From positions 22,102,529 through 22,166,528 of the forward strand of contig CM119270.1 in NCBI GenBank assembly GCA_051294375.1: a stretch of DNA of 64,000 nt. The letters run 5' to 3'. This stretch comes from Paraspadella gotoi. Lineage: Eukaryota > Animalia > Chaetognatha. The position numbers were made by a program, and so were the translations under genes. Positions 26,765-64,000 of the stretch are shown here, in pieces. Every line of letters starts with the position of its first letter. The stretch's first letter is position 1. The notes under the pieces are model-generated. The model saw only the letters and a list, made by a program, of their open reading frames with translations. It did no database searches and had not been told where the DNA came from.

Positions 26765-27237
26765 TTCTCGTAAAAATCATTCCCCATTGGAATCCTTGAA
26801 AAATTTATAGCGACTCTGTGGACTGACGTTGGAACTCTAAGATTATTAATCATTGCGTCTCGAGTTCAATTCTGGTCGAGGAAATCAAAAGCTTGATATT
26901 TAAAATTAAGGCTTTTTACATAAGTGTGTATTTAGCCATAAAGGTTTGTTTTGACTTTTATTCCTAAAAACCATAAAAATAATATTTATTACCTAAAATA
27001 CTTATGTTTACTCTATAAATAGACCTCCAATACATTAAAGCAACTAAAGAACCCAATTAATGTATAATTTTTCATCCTAGTCAAGCACTCATCGACCCCA
27101 CCCCACTAAGCAAGCACCACCAATCATTGGTCTCTTTTGTTCCATTTCCTTTGCAACCAAAGAAGAAAATCTCGACTTCATGAAAAAAAGAGGAAATCGT
27201 AAAAACGTCAGTCGTTTATATCGAAGGAGACTGAGTC

Positions 27238-27277
<40 letters not shown>

Positions 27278-27340
27278 TCTCTCTCTCTCTGTGTGTGTCT
27301 CTCTATATGTCTGTCTCCCTACTTCTCTCTGAGCCGCTAT

Positions 27341-27420
<80 letters not shown>

Positions 27421-27464
27421 TTTTTTGATTATTTACCCCGTGTCAGTCGCGAATGACACCAAAA

Positions 27465-28425
27465 AAATATTTACTATATTTTAAATATTTAATAAATATA
27501 ATTTATAAGTATATCATAAGATGCAGAACTTCTCCATGTTTTTTTTGTATGGGTTTCATTTCGTATTTAATTAATTTATAATTCTTTGTTTAATTTTTTA
27601 TCTAACACAGTAAAATTGGCGAAAAAAAACCATTTTAGGCGTGTTCTTGATTGAATTTTTAAAAAAATTTACATCATAAGAAATCCATATTATTGTTTTA
27701 ATCAATGGCGTATCTGAATTATCGTAATGTTGAGTAATTTTTTAGTAATAATTTTTTAATTTATTTTTTAATTGTAAATCCTAAGTAATCTTTATACAAA
27801 TCATACCCTTTGTCCGTTCGCGAGTGACACCAAAAAATTGCGTACCATTTATATTTTTATATAATATTTTTATAATCTTCTTTTCTCAATCTATAGTAAA
27901 GTACTGGATGTTTATTATATATTATTTTTATAAGATTAATTTGATATTTACTTATGTAAAACAAACTTTCTTTAATGGTCATCCAATTTGTTCTTCTGTA
28001 AAAAACTAAATTAAAAAAAAATCATTATAAATTAATTACTCATTAATTACTTGAAATTATTAAAATATATTTGCACCATTAAATTAGGAATTATCTGGGA
28101 ATCCTTACAATATAAAAAAATAATTCAAGACACTCAAGAATATGCTCAGGACAGCATTTTTTTTAATTGGCAAATTGTATAAAGAAAACTTAAGTTTTGC
28201 AATTAAAAAAATAAATAAAAAATCTTTACTCAGAAATTACTTAATATTACGATATTTCAAAAACGCCATTGATTAGACCATTAATAGGGATTTATTTTTA
28301 AAAATTCAATCAAAAACAAGTCTAAAATAGTTTTTTTCGTCAATTTTACTATGTTAGATAAAAAAAATTAACTAACGATATACTTTTAAATTATATTTAT
28401 TAAATATTTAAAGTATAGTAAATAT
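27465..28425. mobile_element. Foldback/MITE-like element with long inverted arms
   Basis: ~27465-27760 is an imperfect reverse complement of ~28210-28425 (e.g. TATCTAACACAGTAAAATTGGCGAAAAAAA vs TTTTTTTCGTCAATTTTACTATGTTAGATA). Confidence 0.6.
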
Positions 28426-28725
28426 AGTGTATAATTTTCATAAAATTAAACCATTTAACAATCAACTTGCCCTATATATGATATTACTAACTTTCCCTCT
28501 CATGTTTTGATATACAAACACTCCCTCTCTCTAATAGCCACACATATCAACACCTCCTCACCTTTTTTTACATCCATCCACACAGAAATTTCACTTCCTA
28601 GTTTTGTGTGTGGTTGAAATTTCAAAATCTTCGTTTCTCGATCGCTAATGTTTTTCTGACAACGAAAACTTTCACTCATCAAAAAAAATCACGATGAAAA
28701 CGAGGAACTCTATTTTTCTCTCTCT

Positions 28726-28798
<73 letters not shown>

Positions 28799-28859
28799 CA
28801 CTGAGAGAGAAACTTTTTCGTAGTAATCTTATTTACGAGTTGAAATATCGGTTTCCAGC

Positions 28860-29250
28860 TTGTCACCCTTTATGTCATCTAAAATGTCACTCTTGATGTC
28901 ATCTAAAATGTCACCCTTGATGTCATCTAAAATGTCACCCTTGATGTCATCTAAAATGTCACCCTTGATGTCATCTAAAATGTCACGCCTTATGACATCT
29001 GAATGTCACCCATTATGACATCTAATCATCCATTATGTCAACTAAAATGTCACCCCCTTATGTCAACTAAAACATTTTCCCTTATGTCATCTAAAAGTCA
29101 CCTCTGATGACAAATGAAATGTCACCCATTATGACATCTATATTTTCAACTAAAATGTCACCCTTATGTCATCTAAAATGTCACCCTTTATTTCAACTAA
29201 AATGTTACCACTTATGTGATCCAAAATGTCATCTCTGATGACATCTAAGT
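28860..29250 (+). repeat. 24-bp minisatellite TGTCACCCTTGATGTCATCTAAAA
   Basis: Tandem units built from two TGTCA-led 12-mers. Confidence 0.9.
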
Positions 29251-29655
29251 TTTCATTTCATCATTTCTCATTTTTATCTAAGGAAATATTTTTTACTTGA
29301 CGAATTGGGCTATTCTTCTATTGTGCTGAGTACATGAATTTTATTTCACGTTAAATGAGCTTTTGATATATTTTAAATTTCACGTTAAAAATGGATTCAC
29401 TCATTTTCGTTTTCTTCGTAAACTTTTAGAAAAAAAAACGTTAAGATTCGTCGTGTCGTCATCATCGTCGTCTTCGTCGTCGTCGTTTTCGTCGTCGTCG
29501 TCGTCGTCGTCAAAGTTCTCGTCGGCGGCGTCATCCCTTTCATCGTCGACATCCTCCTCCTCCTCCTCTTCCTCCTCTTCTTCCTCCTCTTCGTCGTCGT
29601 CGTCGTTGTCGTCGACGACCGCGGCGGCGGCGAAAATAAAGAAGGATAAGGAAGC

Positions 29656-29728
<73 letters not shown>

Positions 29729-30214
29729 GACGTCAAATCTCATCATTTTTTTCGTTCGCTTAAAATCGAATTTTCTTTATTTTTTTTCTCTCGATTTTGT
29801 ATAGAATTTTATGTCTACATTAAAATCGGCCTGATTATAAAACATGACTTTTTATACGAAAACACTTTTCAACATTGAAACATTTAAAAACTTTTTAAAC
29901 GTTTATATAAAGTTTTTTTCTTTTTTATTATTTTCCCATTTCTCTTTCTTGATCCTGTATAAAATTTTAACCTTGATATTTAATTTAAGTATTTTTTTAC
30001 TAATAAACTAATCTTTAACCCTCATTCATAACCTTAGTCCAAAACCCAAATATTTTCCTACACCCTAACACTTAATGCATTTCCTTAATTTTTAAACTTA
30101 ACTCTTAATTGTCAACCTAAGCACCTCACCTTTTTTTTAACCTGACCTCTCTTTTACTCTTAACCTGACCACCCTGTTTTGCTTCACGTTACTTATCTTT
30201 TCTTCTTTAGCCGA

Positions 30215-30962
30215 CCTCTCTATTCAGATAAATTTAACCTCTCTATTAACATTAATCTTACCTTTGTATTCATATTAATCTTATCTCTCTTTTCTGATTA
30301 TTCTCACTTCTAAATTCAGATAAATCTTATATCTGTATTAAGATTAATATCACCTCTCTATTCAGATTAATCTCACTTCTCTATTCAGATAAATAAAACC
30401 TCTCTATTCTGATAAATATAACCTCTCTATTCAGATTAATCTCTCTATTCAGATAAATCTCACATCTGTATTAAGATTAATCTCACCTCTCTATTCAAAT
30501 TAAACTCACCTCTCTATTCAATTAATCTCACCTCTCTATTCAGATTAATCAGACCTCTCTATTCAGATTAATCTAACCTCTCTATTCAGTTAATCTCACC
30601 TCTCTATTCAGATTAATCTCACTTCTCTATTCAGATAAATATAACCTCTCTATTCAGATAAATATAACCTCTCTATTCAGAATAATCTCTCTATTCAAAT
30701 AAATCTCACATCTGTATTAAGAGTAATCTCACCTCTCTATTCATTCATTCTCTATTAATCTCACCTCTTTATTCATATTAAAATCACCTCTCTATTCGGA
30801 TTAATCTCACCTCTCTATTCAGATATATATCACCTCTCTATTCAGATTAATCTCACCTCTCTATTCAAATTAATCTTACCTTTCTATTCAGATTAATTTT
30901 ACCTCTCTATTCAGATTAGTCTCACCTCTCTATTCAGATTAATCTCACTTCTCTATTCAGAT
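30215..30962 (+). repeat. 23-bp minisatellite TTCAGATTAATCTCACCTCTCTA
   Basis: About 30 tandem degenerate units, ending ~530 bp upstream of the Wnt5 ATG. Confidence 0.9.
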
Positions 30963-31069
30963 CAACGACTCGCAACTTTTTCTTTGGAATTTTGGGTCGA
31001 ATAAAATATATTGAATTTGATTTTTGGATCAAAGAAAAAATCAGAATAAATTCACTGGAATTCTTACCT

Positions 31070-31134
<65 letters not shown>

Positions 31135-31492
31135 TGAGTGGGTGTAAGAAAAGAGCGCTTTTCATCTTTACACAATCAAAAAAGTTTTCACAAACTATTA
31201 TTTTGTTTCTTTTTTTTAGAACCAAATAGATTCAAGTTTTTGTGTTATCATCTTCGTCATAGCGACTTTGTCATCAAAACAGACGAATTTATTTTCATCT
31301 TTGTCATTTTCATCGTCATCATCGTCACAAAGAGGAATTTCATGTCGAAAGGGTCATGTGACTTAGGAGTCATGATTCATCTTTACCCAGATTTTCGCGA
31401 ATTTCACGCGAACATTGTCTGAATTTAAAACAAAAACAAACAAACAAAAAAACTAAATTAACTTAACAAAAAGAACAAAGAAAATACAAAAA

Positions 31493-61147
<29,655 letters not shown>

Positions 61148-61244
61148 AAAATATGTTTTGTCTTAAGTTTAACAGTAAAAAAACAGTACATTCATTTAAT
61201 TTTTTTGGTTTCACTATTTTTTTATTCGTCTTTTATATTGCTGA

Positions 61245-61250
61245 AATAAA
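61245..61250 (+). terminator. Candidate Wnt5 polyadenylation signal
   Basis: AATAAA ~100 nt after the stop codon, with a second at 61274-61279. The motif is common in this AT-rich DNA. Confidence 0.35.
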
Positions 61251-61427
61251 TATTATTGCTAAAATGATTAAATAATAAATTACCAAAAGTTAGGGTTAGG
61301 CGCCGAGTTCGGCTTGAAGGAATTACAATTAAATTTTCCTCCATGTCTGTTCAAAAATTATTCCATCAAAATTATATAGTCAAGCGTAGGGTCTTGGAAA
61401 GACGACAGGGGGAGAGCGCGAGAAATA

Positions 61428-61909
61428 CAGTCCTGTGCAAAAAAAAAGAGGACACCAAAAAACATTATGAAAATAAATCAAGTTAGATTCCTTTAAAATA
61501 AAATATATTATAAGTGAATAATATACATAGAAAAAAAAGGTATTTTTAACCTTTTGTGTTTAAGGTGCTGTTGCTCTGGAATAAATGGAACAATTTTTTT
61601 TTCAATTTACGCATATATATTCTTCTTTCAAAAGTTTTTATTTCCCCTTTATAATTTTATAATATATATATAATATACATAAATTAAGGCGAAAAAATAT
61701 ATTCTATTTTTTGCAGATTTTTAAAAATAGGTTTTTTTAATGACTAAAATGACAAATGTTTTTAACCACTTGTCTTTTGGAAGCTATAGCTCTTGAATAC
61801 TTGGACCGATTTTTTTAAACTTACACATATAGATTTCAAATTTTATAATAAGTACATAAAACGAGGATAACTTAAGTTTGAACAGTGTCCTTTTTTTTGC
61901 ACAGGACTG
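61428..61909 (+). mobile_element. Tc1/mariner-type MITE (482 bp)
   Basis: TA flanks on both sides. TIRs CAGTCCTGTGCAAAAAAAAAGAGGACAC / GTGTCCTTTTTTTTGCACAGGACTG. Confidence 0.88.
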
Positions 61910-62929
61910 TATTTTAACATTTTAATAGATAAAACTGAAATTAAAGAGGAGTTGTTTTTGCATTTTTTTATTGTCTTTCTTTTCCCTACTGTGGTATCTT
62001 GTCAATGAAACAAATTTTAATTTTCTCTTAATACAGATCATACCATTTGACAAACAAAACACAAAATTGTCCAGGTTAAAAATACCAATGCCAATGCCCA
62101 AAAAATATATTAATCGCAAAAATTGAGAAAGAATATATTTTTTCTAATGTTACTAAATATGATATTAGTGATAACTATGTGGTTAAATTACTTTTCACGA
62201 TATAAAAAAATTCGTCAACTAAAAACTGTTTAGCTTTTCCTATTTATAAATAAATGTTAAAAAAATTAATATATGGAGTATGGAGTAATATTAAAATTTT
62301 TTTGTCTATTACTATTTTTTTCAAAATGTCAAAATTTTCCTTTGAGCAGGTGTTTAATTTAAATTTCTTAACCACCTTAGTGAGTTAGGCTCCCACTACT
62401 ATGGCTAACTATCCTTATCATTAACTATCGTTATTGTACCTTGCCATTCGTCAAATGAAGTAAAATCAGATTGTTTAGGTTAGGGTGACGTTAGAGATCT
62501 TGATCGATAAAGAGTTACATCGCAGGGAAAGCGGACTCGAGATTCAACTTGTTTATTTTGATTCAACATGATAAAATCAAATTAGTTTATAATTGATTGG
62601 CGAATTGACTTTGTTTTGATTGGTAAAACATTGTTTTTGATTCGAGTTGAAATTATTTCATCTTAGATAATGTATATCTTACATTAGATAATTTCGAGAT
62701 CAAAACAAGTCGAGATAAGCATTATTTGATTAATGTATTCGCGAGAGAGTTAAACACAAGACTGAATAATTTCAGTTAGAACAATTCAAAGGTAAACAGT
62801 CATAAAGAAATGTAATAACATGATAGGACATCTTCTGTGGAGAGTTGACATCTTGAATAAACAACAGGCTTCGAATTTGTTTTCAATTCTATTATCTGAG
62901 TTTTTGAATCAGGATTCCTCAGCCGACTG

Positions 62930-63060
62930 GGTGGCCTTGAGCCTTATGTAGAGGTATCCCAGATCTCGAATCCAGGTTCGAATCCTGGGGCGGAGCGTTC
63001 TATTCCTAAATGAATAGTTCCATTCGAGTGGCTACATCCCCCGCTGTTGAAATGTAGTTT
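62930..63060 (+). mobile_element. tRNA-derived SINE-like fragment
   Basis: Perfect T-arm/B-box CCAGG-TTCGAAT-CCTGG (62972-62988), but no full cloverleaf. Confidence 0.45.
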
Positions 63061-63466
63061 AAATAATCAAATAATATTTCAAAAATAAATGTTGTCGTCC
63101 ACTGAATGCCTGATAGTATGATGAAAAATAATTAATATTTAACAATAAAAAGGGTTCAATACTTTATAAAAATAGACTGACTGACTTCTTTCTAAAATAA
63201 TGTTTGTAATTATACAAACAACAACCAAAAATTCAAAATTTAAAGAATCTAGAAAAATACCACAAATAAAAATTAAATACGGGTAAAAACTGTAATACGG
63301 GCTGTCGGAGTCGATGCCACGGATGCTGATGGAGAGAAGATGGATAAAGACCGACTCCGGCAGTTCATTAGAGCCGCAGCGGGGGTTTTGTTTTTTTTTG
63401 TACTGTCTTGTTGTCATTGTTATTGTTGTTTTTTTTTATGCCACTGCTAATTCATTAAGTACTACA

Positions 63467-64000
63467 GGGTTTAGGGTTAGGGTTAGGGTTAGGGGGTTAG
63501 GGGGTTAGGGTGTTAGGGGTTAGGGTTAGGGTTAGGGTTAGGGTTAGGGTTAGGGTTAGGGTTAGGGTTAGGGTTAGGTTAGGGTTAGGGTTAGGGTTAG
63601 GGTTAGGGTTAGGGTTAGGGTAGGGTTAGGGTTAGGGTTAGGGTTAGGGTTAGGGTTAGCGGGTTAGGGTTAGGGTTAGGGTTAGGGTTAGGGGTTAGGG
63701 TTAGGTTAGGGTTAGGGTAGGGTTTAGGGTTAGGGTTAGGGTTAGGTTAGGGTTAGGTTAGGTTAGGGTTAGGGGTTAGGGGGGGGGGGGGTGGGGGTTA
63801 GGTTAGGGTTAGGGTTAGGGTTAGGGTTAGGGTAGGGTTAGGGGTTAGGGTTAGGTTAGGGTTAGGGTTAGGGGGGGTTAGGGTTAGGGTTAGGGTTAGG
63901 GTTAGGGTTAGGGTTAGGGTTAGGGTTAGGGTTAGGGTTAGGGTTAGGGTTAGGGTTAGGGTTAGGGTTAGGGTTAGGGTTAGGGTTAGGGTTAGGGTTA
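63467..64000 (+). repeat. Telomeric (TTAGGG)n array
   Basis: About 530 bp of TTAGGG with TTAGG/TTAGGGG variants, running to the window end. The G-rich strand points outward, as at a chromosome end. Confidence 0.97.

Noticed and set aside
29401-29736. Acidic poly-D/E ORF on the minus strand
   Set aside because: Composed of (GA)n, (GAC)n and (GAG)n microsatellites, with no credible gene structure.
28860-30962. Regular 23-24-bp repeats resembling a CRISPR array
   Set aside because: Head-to-tail tandem units with no unique spacers, in a eukaryotic context with no cas genes.
31062-31070. Strong minus-strand donor CAG|GTAAGA just upstream of Wnt5, suggesting a divergent transcript
   Set aside because: A single 9-mer match is expected by chance in 64 kb and there is no other support.
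62940-63000. Possible tRNA gene
   Set aside because: Only the T-arm/B-box is well formed; acceptor, D and anticodon stems could not be built, so it is called SINE-like.

Overview
Eukaryotic (metazoan) DNA, AT-rich and dense in (AG)n/(CT)n microsatellites. It ends in a (TTAGGG)n array oriented as a right-hand chromosome end. An invertebrate such as a leech/annelid is plausible but cannot be established from the sequence alone. Almost all ORFs in the supplied track are microsatellite or minisatellite read-throughs. The one clearly recognisable gene is a complete, splice-consistent Wnt5 (+ strand, 8 coding exons, 31493-61147, 518 aa from the first ATG, 24 conserved Cys, intact [10 protein letters not shown] motif), whose stop codon lies about 2.3 kb from the telomeric array. 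A long minus-strand exon (13786-15208) appears to start an unidentified single-pass membrane protein. About 18 kb of the window looks like assembly artefact: three indel-rich duplicate segments (one inverted) next to 25-N gaps. Other features are non-autonomous DNA transposons (hAT, Kolobok-like, Tc1/mariner, Helentron/HINE-like), tRNA-derived SINEs and minimal hammerhead-ribozyme motifs of the Penelope type. The most unusual signal is in-frame tandem repeats that duplicate splice donors, seen in both genes.
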